Assembly: GCA_002698945.1 (NCBI GenBank)
Contig: NZZV01000208.1
Coordinates: 31,069 to 93,712 of the forward strand
Source: Acidimicrobiaceae bacterium
GTDB taxonomy: Bacteria; Actinomycetota; Acidimicrobiia; Acidimicrobiales; Ilumatobacteraceae
Direction of reading: 5' to 3'
DNA length: 62,644 nt
Below, in pieces: positions 28,996 through 37,453 of the stretch (within the stretch, counting starts at the first letter, position 1; every line of letters starts with the position of its first letter). The notes below the pieces were generated by a model. It ran no database searches. It saw only the letters and a list, made by a program, of their open reading frames with translations, and was not told where the DNA came from. Position numbers and translations under genes: made by a program.

Positions 28996-29919
28996 TCACT
29001 CGGGCAGCGAGCAGGTGGCGGCGATCGGCTCGCGCAGTCCGTCCGCCAGCCGTTCGTACTGTTCGGACCGGCCGGCCCGACGACGCCACACGAGCGAGAT
29101 CTGTCGATACGGCTCCGGCTTGCGAAGACGACGGGTGGAGATGCCCGATCCGGGGCGGGCCTCGACCTCGATCGCCGATGCGGGCAACAGGGTGCCGCCG
29201 ATGCCGGCCGCCACCATCTGCACCGCTGCCGGCAGGCTCGTCGCCTGCGTCGATCCGAGCGGACTCGCGCCGATGATCGAACAGGCCGCCTGGGCGTGGC
29301 TCCGCAGACAGTGGCCCTCCTCCAGCAGCAGCATCGGCAGCGACCCGAGCGCACGCTGAGGCAGGCGTGACCGCCCTGCGTACGGATGCCCCTCGGGCAA
29401 CGCCAGCACGAAGCGATCGCGAGCGAGGTCGGCGACGGACAGCGACGGTCCGACCTCGGGGACCGGCGTGGCGAGCACACCGACGTCGAGATCACCGGAC
29501 TCGACCGAGGCGACGAGGTCGGCGGTTCTGCTCTCGACCAGGTGGAGCTCGGCGCTCGGATAGCGGCGGGTGGTCTCGCGGACGACGGTCGGCAGGAGGT
29601 ACGGCGCCATGGTCGGGATGATCCCGATGTGGAGCGGTCCGATCAGGTCGTCGGACCGAACGGCGGCGACGTCGACGAGGCGATCGACGTCGTCGAGGAC
29701 GGTGCGAGCCGCGATGAGGACGGCCTCGCCGTCGGTCGTCAGCCGCGCCCCGTGGCGATCGCGCTCGAACAGTGTCACCCCGAGTCGCTGCTCGAGTTCG
29801 GCGATCTGGGCCGACATCGCAGGCTGGCTCACGTGCACCGCGTCCGCGGCGGCGCCGAACGTCCCGTGGTGCGCGACCGCCGCCATGTACTCGAGCTGTC
29901 GCAACGTGGGGCGTTCCAT
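28996..29919 (-). CDS. oxyR: Hydrogen peroxide-sensing LysR regulator OxyR
   Basis: TLRQLEY HTH, GIIPTMAPYLLP, EEGHCLRSHAQAAC (two redox Cys, 9 apart); divergent from dps. Confidence 0.85.
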   Translation of the reverse strand: MERPTLRQLEYMAAVAHHGTFGAAADAVHVSQPAMSAQIAELEQRLGVTLFERDRHGARLTTDGEAVLIAARTVLDDVDRLVDVAAVRSDDLIGPLHIGIIPTMAPYLLPTVVRETTRRYPSAELHLVESRTADLVASVESGDLDVGVLATPVPEVGPSLSVADLARDRFVLALPEGHPYAGRSRLPQRALGSLPMLLLEEGHCLRSHAQAACSIIGASPLGSTQATSLPAAVQMVAAGIGGTLLPASAIEVEARPGSGISTRRLRKPEPYRQISLVWRRRAGRSEQYERLADGLREPIAATCSLPE

Positions 29920-29936
29920 CATTCGCATCGCCGTTC

Positions 29937-29953
29937 CATCACGAGAAGTGATG
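29937..29953. promoter_or_regulatory. Putative OxyR/LysR recognition site
   Basis: Palindrome CATCAC-gagaa-GTGATG containing ATC-N9-GAT in the oxyR-dps intergenic region. Confidence 0.5.
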
Positions 29954-30080
29954 ATACCCAACACCGAAACCTGTTGGACCTGATGCGGTCGAAGGCGCAT
30001 GATCGTCAGTGGAACCATCGAGAGCCGACCAACCGGCTCAGAACAGCTCAGGATCGATGGTCCGGACGAAAGGACCCCAG

Positions 30081-30584
30081 ATGAGCGACTCGAACTCCAC
30101 CCCCACGAACCAGTCCATGACGATCGACATCGGCATCAGCGACGCCGACCGCAAGGAGCTCGCAGCCGGGTTGTCGAACGTGCTGGCGGACACGTACACG
30201 CTGTACCTGAAGACGCACAACTACCACTGGAACGTCGTCGGGCCGATGTTCAACACGCTGCACCTCATGTTCGAGGAGCAGTACAACGAGCTGGCGCTCG
30301 CCGTCGACCAGATCGCGGAGCGGATCCGGGCCCTCGGCGAACCGGCACCGGGCACGTACCGCGAGTTCGTCGAGCTGTCGGCGATCGAGGAAGACACCGA
30401 CCGGCCGGACGCGACGGAGATGATCCGTCGTCTCGTCGTCGGGCAGGAGACCGTCGCCCGCACGGCGCGGTCGATGTTCGACGTCGTCGGCCGAGCCGAC
30501 GACCAGCCGACCGCCGACCTGCTCACCCAGCGCCTCCAGGTACACGAGAAGACCGCCTGGATGCTCCGCAGCATGCTCGCCTGA
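30081..30584 (+). CDS. dps: DNA starvation/stationary-phase protection protein Dps
   Basis: KTHNYHWNVVGP, LHLMFEEQY, DQIAERIRALG, HEKTAWML; AAAGGA RBS. Confidence 0.95.
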   Translation: MSDSNSTPTNQSMTIDIGISDADRKELAAGLSNVLADTYTLYLKTHNYHWNVVGPMFNTLHLMFEEQYNELALAVDQIAERIRALGEPAPGTYREFVELSAIEEDTDRPDATEMIRRLVVGQETVARTARSMFDVVGRADDQPTADLLTQRLQVHEKTAWMLRSMLA

Positions 30585-30622
30585 TCGGCCCGGACGGTCG
30601 CCCGGGCTAGGTTCCGAATCCG

Positions 30623-31276
30623 ATGGAACTCGGGACGATGACGTGGCCGCAGGTCGGCGCACCACTCGTCGTCGTGCCGGTCGGTTCGTGCGAGCAGCAC
30701 GGTCCGCACCTCCCGATCGATACCGACACGGTGATCGCTCGCGCCCTCGCGGACGCGGTCGCCGTGGCGCGCGACGACTGCGTGGTGGCCCCGCCGCTGT
30801 CGATCACGGCCAGTGGCGAGCACCACGGGTTTCCCGGCACCTTGTCGATCGGTACCGAGATCATGGCCGGGGTCGTGATCGAGTTGGCGAGATCCGCCGA
30901 CTGGGCGGACGGTGTCGTGTTCGTCAATGGCCACGGCGGCAACCACACGGCACTCCAGCGGGCCGCCGAGGTGTTCGAGGTCGAGCGCCGTCGAGTGCTC
31001 GTCTGGTCTCCTCGGATCGAGGGCGGTGATCCACATGCGGGTCGCACCGAGACGTCGCTGATGCTGCACCTGGCACCCGATCGGGTCGATCTCGCCGCCG
31101 CCGTCGCCGGCCCGGTGCCGACCCTGGCCGAGCTCGTCCGCCACGGGGTCCGTGAGGTGAGCGACTCGGGGGTGCTCGGTGACCCGACGACCGCGTCCGC
31201 CGAGCACGGGCGTGACCTGTTCCAACGGCTGACCGATCGACTCACCACTGCCGTCGACGAGTGGGCGTCCCGATGA
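30623..31276 (+). CDS. mftE: Mycofactocin-system creatininase-family peptidase
   Basis: GSCEQHGPHLPIDTD, SGEHHGFPGTLS, VNGHGGN, HAGRTETS, GVLGDP; upstream of mftF. Confidence 0.85.
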   Translation: MELGTMTWPQVGAPLVVVPVGSCEQHGPHLPIDTDTVIARALADAVAVARDDCVVAPPLSITASGEHHGFPGTLSIGTEIMAGVVIELARSADWADGVVFVNGHGGNHTALQRAAEVFEVERRRVLVWSPRIEGGDPHAGRTETSLMLHLAPDRVDLAAAVAGPVPTLAELVRHGVREVSDSGVLGDPTTASAEHGRDLFQRLTDRLTTAVDEWASR

Positions 31277-31440
31277 CGACCCACCCGCACCCCGCCCAGA
31301 TCTCGGTGAACCCCGTCCGACATCCCGCACCCAGGCCGCCGAGAACCCACACCCCTGCGAGCCCCACCCAGTCCTCGCTGAACCCCGCCCGACATCCCGC
31401 ACCCAGCACACCGAGAAGTCGGCGTGAGGCGGCCCGATGA
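31273..31440 (+). repeat. MIRU-like interspersed insert with two 72-bp-period units, a 55-aa bridging ORF and an 11-bp flanking duplication
   Basis: Units start at 31290 and 31362; CCCGATGACGA at 31269-31279 and 31433-31443; the ORF overlaps the mftE stop and the mftF start by ATGA. Confidence 0.75.
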
Positions 31441-32747
31441 CGAGTGAGCAGGCGCGTCGATACGCGCTCGACGGGAGCGTCCAGGCGTGGCCGAGCACGA
31501 CCGGACTCGTCGTCGTCGGGGGGTCACCGCTCAAGCTGTTCCGGTTGACGCCGTCGGGTGCCGGCGCGTTCGAGCGCGTGCGTTCCGGCGAACCCGTCGT
31601 TGCCTCGTCCCTCGTCGACCGGCTGCTCGACGGCGGCGTCATCCACCCGATCGCCGATGGTCCTGCACCGTTCGATGCCGAGGACGTCACGATCGTCGTC
31701 CCGACGTTCGGCCCGCCGACCCATGTTCCGTCGGGCGCCGTCGTGGTCGACGACGGCTCGTCCCCGCCGGTCGACGGGGCGTCGATCCGCCTCGAGCGCA
31801 ACCGAGGTCCCGCCGCGGCCCGCAACGCCGGGCTCGCCGCGACGACGACACCGCTGGTCGCCTTCGTCGACGCCGACGTCGAACTGCCGGATGGCTGGCT
31901 CGAACCGCTGCTCGCCCACTTCGCCGATCCGCGAGTGGCCGTCGTCGCCCCTCGCATCGTCACCGCACCGAGACCGGGTGCGATCTCGGCCTACGAGCAC
32001 ACCCACGGTCCACTCGACATGGGACCGGAGGCCGCACGTGTGCGCGCCGGCACGCGCGTCTCATATCTCCCGGCCGCGGTCCTCGTGTGTCGGGTCGAGG
32101 CGATCCAAGAGCTGGGCGGTTTCGACGCCGAAATGCGGTACGGCGAGGACGTCGACCTGGTCTGGCGACTCGACGACGCCGGCTGGCGCTGCCGCTACGA
32201 CCCCACCGTCGTGATCGAACACGAGCCCCGACCCGACTGGCGGGCCTGGGTGCGCCAACGGGTCGGCTACGGCTCGTCGGCGGGGCCACTGGCGGTACGC
32301 CATCCGCGCAAGCTGGCTCCCTTGCGGATGAGCGGTTGGAGTATCGCCGCGTGGGTCCTCGCCGCGGCCGGCCGGCCGGTGACCGGGGCCGCGGTCGGTG
32401 TCGGTTCGGCGGCGGCGCTGATCCCGAAGCTCCCCGACGTGCCGGCACGCGATGCGTTCCGGCTGGCGGCGATGGGCAACGCCCGGGCGGGCGAGTCGAT
32501 CGCACACGCGGTACGACGGACCTGGTTCCCGATCGTCCTGGTGCTGGCGCTGCGATCGCGGGTGGCGAGGCGCGTCCTGCTCGCCTCGATCGTGGCTGTC
32601 CGGCACCCGCTCGCGCTGGCCGACGACGTCGCCTACTGCGCGGGTGTCTGGACCGGGATGCTCCGCGAGCGCACCCTCGACCCCATCGTCCCCGACATCA
32701 CCAGCTGGCCCGGCCGCTCCGCCCGCTCCGCTCGCCGCGACACCTGA
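31437..32747 (+). CDS. mftF: Mycofactocin biosynthesis GT2 glycosyltransferase
   Basis: GGSPLKLFRL N-terminus, VVVDDGS, GPAAARNAG, FVDAD, GEDVDLVWRL, DDVAYCAGVW. Confidence 0.88.
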   Translation: MTSEQARRYALDGSVQAWPSTTGLVVVGGSPLKLFRLTPSGAGAFERVRSGEPVVASSLVDRLLDGGVIHPIADGPAPFDAEDVTIVVPTFGPPTHVPSGAVVVDDGSSPPVDGASIRLERNRGPAAARNAGLAATTTPLVAFVDADVELPDGWLEPLLAHFADPRVAVVAPRIVTAPRPGAISAYEHTHGPLDMGPEAARVRAGTRVSYLPAAVLVCRVEAIQELGGFDAEMRYGEDVDLVWRLDDAGWRCRYDPTVVIEHEPRPDWRAWVRQRVGYGSSAGPLAVRHPRKLAPLRMSGWSIAAWVLAAAGRPVTGAAVGVGSAAALIPKLPDVPARDAFRLAAMGNARAGESIAHAVRRTWFPIVLVLALRSRVARRVLLASIVAVRHPLALADDVAYCAGVWTGMLRERTLDPIVPDITSWPGRSARSARRDT

Positions 32748-32775
32748 CCGTCCCTGACCCTCCCCGCCCCACCTC

Positions 32776-33020
32776 CCGGACACACAGGCGATTAAATCCA
32801 CCAGACGTCCACCCCCGGACACACAGGCGATTAAATCCACCAGGCGTCCACCGCCCGGACACACAGGCGATTAAATCCACCAGACGTCCACCCCCGGACA
32901 CACCGGCGATTAAATCGCCCAGGCGTCCGGGGTGACGGATCCGGCCGGACACGCAGGCGATTAAATCGACCAGGCGTCCACCCCCGGACACACCGGCGAT
33001 TTCATCGACCAGGCGTCCGG
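32776..33020. repeat. Tandem array of six ~39-bp imperfect palindromic units
   Basis: Consensus ccggacacacaggcgattaaatcsaccaggcgtcc; unit starts at 32776, 32815, 32855, 32894, 32945, 32984. Confidence 0.92.
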
Positions 33021-33097
33021 GTGCGCAGGACGCCTGACCGCCCCGGCAGGGAGGGTCGAGGTCGCTCGGGGTCGACGTCCTGTTACCGTCCGACGGC

Positions 33098-34015
33098 GTG
33101 ACGATCCGTTTGACGGTCAACCGCGAGCGCTGGTGGAACCATGTCGTGGGGGTCGCCGACGAAGTCGACGGGTTGATCCCCGTCGTCAAGGGCAACGGCT
33201 ACGGATTCGGTCGGGCCGGCCTGGCGATCGCGGCAGCGAAACTCAGTCCGCTGCTCGCCGTCGGCACCGTGCACGAGATCGTCGGGTTACCGGACGACGT
33301 CACGCCGGTCGTACTCACCCCGACCTGGCGGCCACCCGACACGACCGAACCGGTGCTCACGGTCGGTTCGAACGACCACATCGCCGCCCTGCGCGGTTGG
33401 TCGGGACGGGTGATCGTCAAGCTCTCCTCGGCGATGCAGCGATACGGAGGCAGCATCGATCTGGTCGCCGCTGCTCAGCGGGCCGGACTCCGGACGGTCG
33501 GTGTGGCGATCCATCCTCCGCTCGCCGGCACCGACGAGGAGCATCGCCACCAGATCATCGAACGGCTCCCCGACATCGATCCGAGCCTCGACGTCTGGGT
33601 CAGCCACCTGTACCCGGCGACGTACGACTCACTCCCGACCAGCCACCGCTACAAGCTCCGGCTCGGCACCTACCTGTGGCACGGCGATCGCGAGGCGCTC
33701 CACCTCGAAGCCGACGTCATCGACACCCGGGCGGTTCGCGCCGGCGACCGGGCCGGCTACCACCTCACCGAGGTCCCCGACACCGGCACCCTCGTCATGA
33801 TCGGAGCCGGAACGGCGAACGGCGTGGCACCGCTGCCGGACGGACGGAGCCCGTTCCACCACCGACGCCAGCGGATGCAGCTGCTCGAGTCGCCCCACAT
33901 GCACACGTCGATGGTGTTCGTGCCGGCCGGCGAGCCGTGCCCGCGCCCCGGCGACTGGGTCGACCTGCAACGACCGCTCGTCCACACCGCCGTCGACGAG
34001 CTGCGCTGGATCTGA
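33098..34015 (+). CDS. Alanine racemase-like PLP protein (atypical actinobacterial subfamily)
   Basis: PVVKGNGYGFG PLP-lysine motif, RLGTYLW, GDRAGY, PHMHTSM. Confidence 0.8.
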   Translation: MTIRLTVNRERWWNHVVGVADEVDGLIPVVKGNGYGFGRAGLAIAAAKLSPLLAVGTVHEIVGLPDDVTPVVLTPTWRPPDTTEPVLTVGSNDHIAALRGWSGRVIVKLSSAMQRYGGSIDLVAAAQRAGLRTVGVAIHPPLAGTDEEHRHQIIERLPDIDPSLDVWVSHLYPATYDSLPTSHRYKLRLGTYLWHGDREALHLEADVIDTRAVRAGDRAGYHLTEVPDTGTLVMIGAGTANGVAPLPDGRSPFHHRRQRMQLLESPHMHTSMVFVPAGEPCPRPGDWVDLQRPLVHTAVDELRWI

Positions 34016-34045
34016 GTGAGCTGGATCCGACCGGACCCGATCGGC

Positions 34046-35185
34046 ATGGACACCTCGCCCGCACCGCTTCCCGGCGGGACGACCGGACCGCCCGAAGCGC
34101 TCCCGAGCGTGCGACCGTCGAGGCGGCGTCCGGGGCCCGACGTCGTCCGGGCACTCGCCATGTTCGGCGTGGTCGTCATGAACTACCACGGCTACCTGAT
34201 CATCCGCGGAGCACCGCGCGACGGCGGGGTGCTGTACGACGTGTTCGACCCGTGGACGGGCCCGCTCTCGACCCGCTTCGCGACGCTCTTCGTGCTCACC
34301 GCCGGGGTCGGTGTCAGCCTGATGACAGCGAGTTCGATCGGGGATCCCGAGCGGACCCGGGCGATGCGGTGGCGTCTGGCGCGCCGCGGTCTGGTCCTGT
34401 ACGGCGTCGGTCTCGCGTTCGACATGATCTGGGCCGGCACGATCCTGCCCTACTACGGCGCGATGTTCGTCCTCGCTGCGGTGCTGTACACCTGGCGGGC
34501 ACGGTGGCTGATCCTGACCGGTGTGCTCGCTGCCGTCGCCGGGTGGGCGCTTCGGTGGTGGCGCCTCGAACGCGACCTCGACGGCCGCGACACGTCGTGG
34601 CTCACCAACCCGCCCGGCAGTTCCCCGCGCGGGCTGCTGTTCGACGTGTTCGTCAACGGGACCCATCCCCTGCTGCCGTGGCTCGCCTTCTTCTGCGCCG
34701 GGATCGTGCTCGGCCGGATCCTGCACACGGACTGGTGGCGCGCGGCGTGCGCCGGGTGCGGGCTCGCCCTGTTCTCGATCGCCGCCATCGTCGGACCGGC
34801 GGCAGCCGGGTCGGCCGACGCGCGCGTCCGCACCCTGCTCAGCGACGACCCGTTCGAGCGTGGTCTGGTGTACGTGGCCAGCACGCTCGGGAGCGCGCTC
34901 GTCGCGTTCGCGGCCATCTCGTGGGTCGCCGACCGGTTCGAAGACAGCACCGTCATCGACGTACTCCGCCGCGCCGGCCAGCTGTCGCTGACGATCTACC
35001 TGGCGCACGCACTGGTGTTCAACCTGCTCGTCGACTGGCTCGACGTGGTTGCGCCCGACGGTGTCGGCACCGCGCTCGCCTTCGCCACGATCGTCTGGCT
35101 GTGCTCGATCGCCGGTGCGGTCGCGTATCAGCAGCGTTTCGGTCGCGGTCCGGCCGAGCGGGTGTACCGCGCCCTCACCGCTTGA
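34046..35185 (+). CDS. DUF418/HGSNAT-like membrane protein
   Basis: DVVRALA, FVLTAGVG, ILPYYG, HPLLPW, GQLSLTIYLAH, RGPAE. The start may be GTG 34016. Confidence 0.8.
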   Translation: MDTSPAPLPGGTTGPPEALPSVRPSRRRPGPDVVRALAMFGVVVMNYHGYLIIRGAPRDGGVLYDVFDPWTGPLSTRFATLFVLTAGVGVSLMTASSIGDPERTRAMRWRLARRGLVLYGVGLAFDMIWAGTILPYYGAMFVLAAVLYTWRARWLILTGVLAAVAGWALRWWRLERDLDGRDTSWLTNPPGSSPRGLLFDVFVNGTHPLLPWLAFFCAGIVLGRILHTDWWRAACAGCGLALFSIAAIVGPAAAGSADARVRTLLSDDPFERGLVYVASTLGSALVAFAAISWVADRFEDSTVIDVLRRAGQLSLTIYLAHALVFNLLVDWLDVVAPDGVGTALAFATIVWLCSIAGAVAYQQRFGRGPAERVYRALTA

Positions 35186-35222
35186 CCATCTGACGCGTCG
35201 GCGACACGTCCGGGTCGAGCGG

Positions 35223-36158
35223 TCAGCGCACCTCGGAGAACGTGGTGCACGACTGCGGGTCGCCGGTGTCGTACCCGCGTCGGAACCACTCGACGCGCTG
35301 TGCCGACGAGCCGTGCGTCCACGACTCGGGTTCGACCCGCCCGGTGGTGGTGCGCTGGATCGCGTCGTCGCCCACGGCCGCCGCTGCGTCGAGCGCCTCT
35401 TGGATCTCACCGCTGCTGTCGAACTGGCCGCGCGCCGCCGCGTCGTGGGCCCACGCCCCCGCGAAGCAATCCGCCTGCAGCTCGAGCGCCACCGAGTACT
35501 GGTTGGCGCGGGCCGGGTCGCTCTGCTGTGCCTCTCGGACCTGGGCGTTGATCCCCAGCACGTTCTGGACGTGGTGGCCGAACTCGTGGGCGACGATGTA
35601 CTGCGCAGCGAGGTCGCCACTGGCGTCGAAGCGGTCCTGGAGCTGCACCAGGAAGTCGAGGTCGAAGTAGACCAACTGGTCGAGCGGGCAGTAGAAGGGA
35701 CCGGTCTGCGACGATGCCTCGCCACATCCCGTCGTGGTACGGCCCGAGAAGAAGACCGTCTGGGTGTCGACGTACTCGACACCGAACGAGAGCGGGAGCT
35801 GCTCGATCCAGTACTCGCTGACATCGTTCGTGGCGCCGCAGAGGATCTGCTCGAGTTCGGTGCTGCACGCGTCGTCGTTCGCGGTACTCGAATCGGCCGC
35901 TGCCCCGCTCGGGGACCCGGCGATCTGCGTCCCGCCGCTCAGTCCGCCGCCCAGTAACTGGGGCAGCACGAACACCGCCGCCATCACCAAGACGGCGACG
36001 ATCCCGCCACCACCTTTCAGGAGACCACCCGGGATCGGGAACCCGCCGCCCGACCCGGAACGCCCGCCGAGCATGCCGCCGAGGCCGCCTGGGAACCCAC
36101 CGCCCTGGCCGCGCCGGTCCTGGATCCGGCCGGCGTCGCTGGATCGAATCTTGGTCAT
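35223..36158 (-). CDS. Neutral zinc metallopeptidase (YpfJ family)
   Basis: GPFYCP, AHEFGHHVQ, ELQADCFAG, HGSSAQR. Confidence 0.92.
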   Translation of the reverse strand: MTKIRSSDAGRIQDRRGQGGGFPGGLGGMLGGRSGSGGGFPIPGGLLKGGGGIVAVLVMAAVFVLPQLLGGGLSGGTQIAGSPSGAAADSSTANDDACSTELEQILCGATNDVSEYWIEQLPLSFGVEYVDTQTVFFSGRTTTGCGEASSQTGPFYCPLDQLVYFDLDFLVQLQDRFDASGDLAAQYIVAHEFGHHVQNVLGINAQVREAQQSDPARANQYSVALELQADCFAGAWAHDAAARGQFDSSGEIQEALDAAAAVGDDAIQRTTTGRVEPESWTHGSSAQRVEWFRRGYDTGDPQSCTTFSEVR

Positions 36159-36195
36159 GCCCCGAGTCTGTCAGTTCGCGGTCCGGCGAGGTCGG

Positions 36196-37242
36196 TCACG
36201 TGGGGTCCGCGGCCACCGCGGGTTGATCGCCGCTCGCTGGTGTCTGACTGGATGGCGTCTGACTGGATGGCGTCTGACTGGATGGTGTCTGATCGGAACC
36301 CGAACGCTGGCGGGCACGCAGTGCCCGGCGCAATCCGCGCCACCCGACCGCGCCGGCGCCGATGAGCGGGCCGCGGTCGCCGAGTCGGGTCGGGGTGACG
36401 CGGGCCGCGGCGCCGTGGCCGACGCGAGCGACCGCGTCGATCTCTTCCTGGGCAGCGTTGTAGAAGGTGGCGGCGAAACTGTCGGGAACGGTGCCACCGA
36501 CCACGACCAGGTCGAGATCCATCGCCGAACACGCCATGCCGGCGGCTCGGCCGACGAGACGCCCTGTACGCCGCATGATGTCCCACGACGGCTCGTCGAG
36601 TCGGCGTCCGGTGATCGCCTCGATGGCGATGCCCGACGCTTCGGCTTCCAGACAGCCACGCGCGCCGCATCGGCATCGGCGACCTCCCGGCTCGACGATG
36701 ACGTGCCCGAGATGGCCGGCGTTGCCGCTCCGACCGTCGAGCAGCTCGCCGTCGATGACGAACCCGCCGCTGACCGACGACGAGACGACCAGGGTCGCGA
36801 AACTGCGGACGCCGCGGGCGGCACCCAACCAGCCCTCTGCGAGCGCGAGCGCTTTGGCATCGAGATCACCGAAGATCGGCAGGTCGGTCAGCTCGTGCAG
36901 GTGCTGGGCCAGGGGAAAGGCACGCCAGGCGTTGATGTGCGCCGGTGAGACGGTGAAGCCGTTGCGTTCGATCTCTCCCGGGCAGCCGACGCCGATCGCT
37001 CGGAGGCGCACGTCGTGCTGTTCGGCTCGTTCACGCTGGGCGAGCACCGCCGAGGCGAGCGATGCGAAGTGCGACTGCGGACCGACATCGCTCTCGATGT
37101 CGGCGAACGATCGATCGATCAACTCGCCGCGCGCGGTGACGAGCCCGGCGGAGAACTCCGAGGCGCCGACGTCGATCGCCAGGATGGCGTCGCGCCGCTT
37201 CGCCGTCTCCTCCCGGGTCGCTTCGTGGTCCCCCTCCGTCAT
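36196..37242 (-). CDS. ROK-family sugar kinase or regulator
   Basis: LAIDVG, GNAGHLGH, CRCGARGCLE, LVVVGG; C-terminal QTPSS repeats. Confidence 0.88.
   Translation of the reverse strand: MTEGDHEATREETAKRRDAILAIDVGASEFSAGLVTARGELIDRSFADIESDVGPQSHFASLASAVLAQRERAEQHDVRLRAIGVGCPGEIERNGFTVSPAHINAWRAFPLAQHLHELTDLPIFGDLDAKALALAEGWLGAARGVRSFATLVVSSSVSGGFVIDGELLDGRSGNAGHLGHVIVEPGGRRCRCGARGCLEAEASGIAIEAITGRRLDEPSWDIMRRTGRLVGRAAGMACSAMDLDLVVVGGTVPDSFAATFYNAAQEEIDAVARVGHGAAARVTPTRLGDRGPLIGAGAVGWRGLRRALRARQRSGSDQTPSSQTPSSQTPSSQTPASGDQPAVAADPT
36241..36291. repeat. 15-bp tandem repeat x3 in the ROK C-terminal tail
   Basis: gtctgactggatgg(c/t) repeated; encodes QTPSS. Confidence 0.85.
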
Positions 37243-37453
37243 CGTGCCTCCGTCATCGTGCCGGACGCTACCGCCGCAACGCGACCGGGGCTGTAGTCGC
37301 ACCAACGCTGCATGGCGCTCGAAGCGTTGACGGGCAGACAGGGTGACGGGGTAGCGTTCCGTGCGGCGGAAGCACTCACGCTGGCCGCCCGACGTGACGA
37401 TGAACCAGAGACACGAGCCGTGACCGCGGATCACGGATGAGGGCGCGGAGCAC

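Noticed and set aside
31273-31440. 55-aa peptide as a mycofactocin/RiPP precursor
   Set aside because: It lacks the MftA C-terminal IDGxCGVY motif and is better explained by the repeat insert.
32776-33020. CRISPR array
   Set aside because: Units are directly adjacent with no unique spacers, and there are no cas genes in the window.
37243-37453. c-di-AMP (ydaO) riboswitch upstream of the cell-wall hydrolase
   Set aside because: The conserved ydaO elements could not be found by eye. Only a weak TTGACG-N19-TAGCGT promoter-like match was seen.
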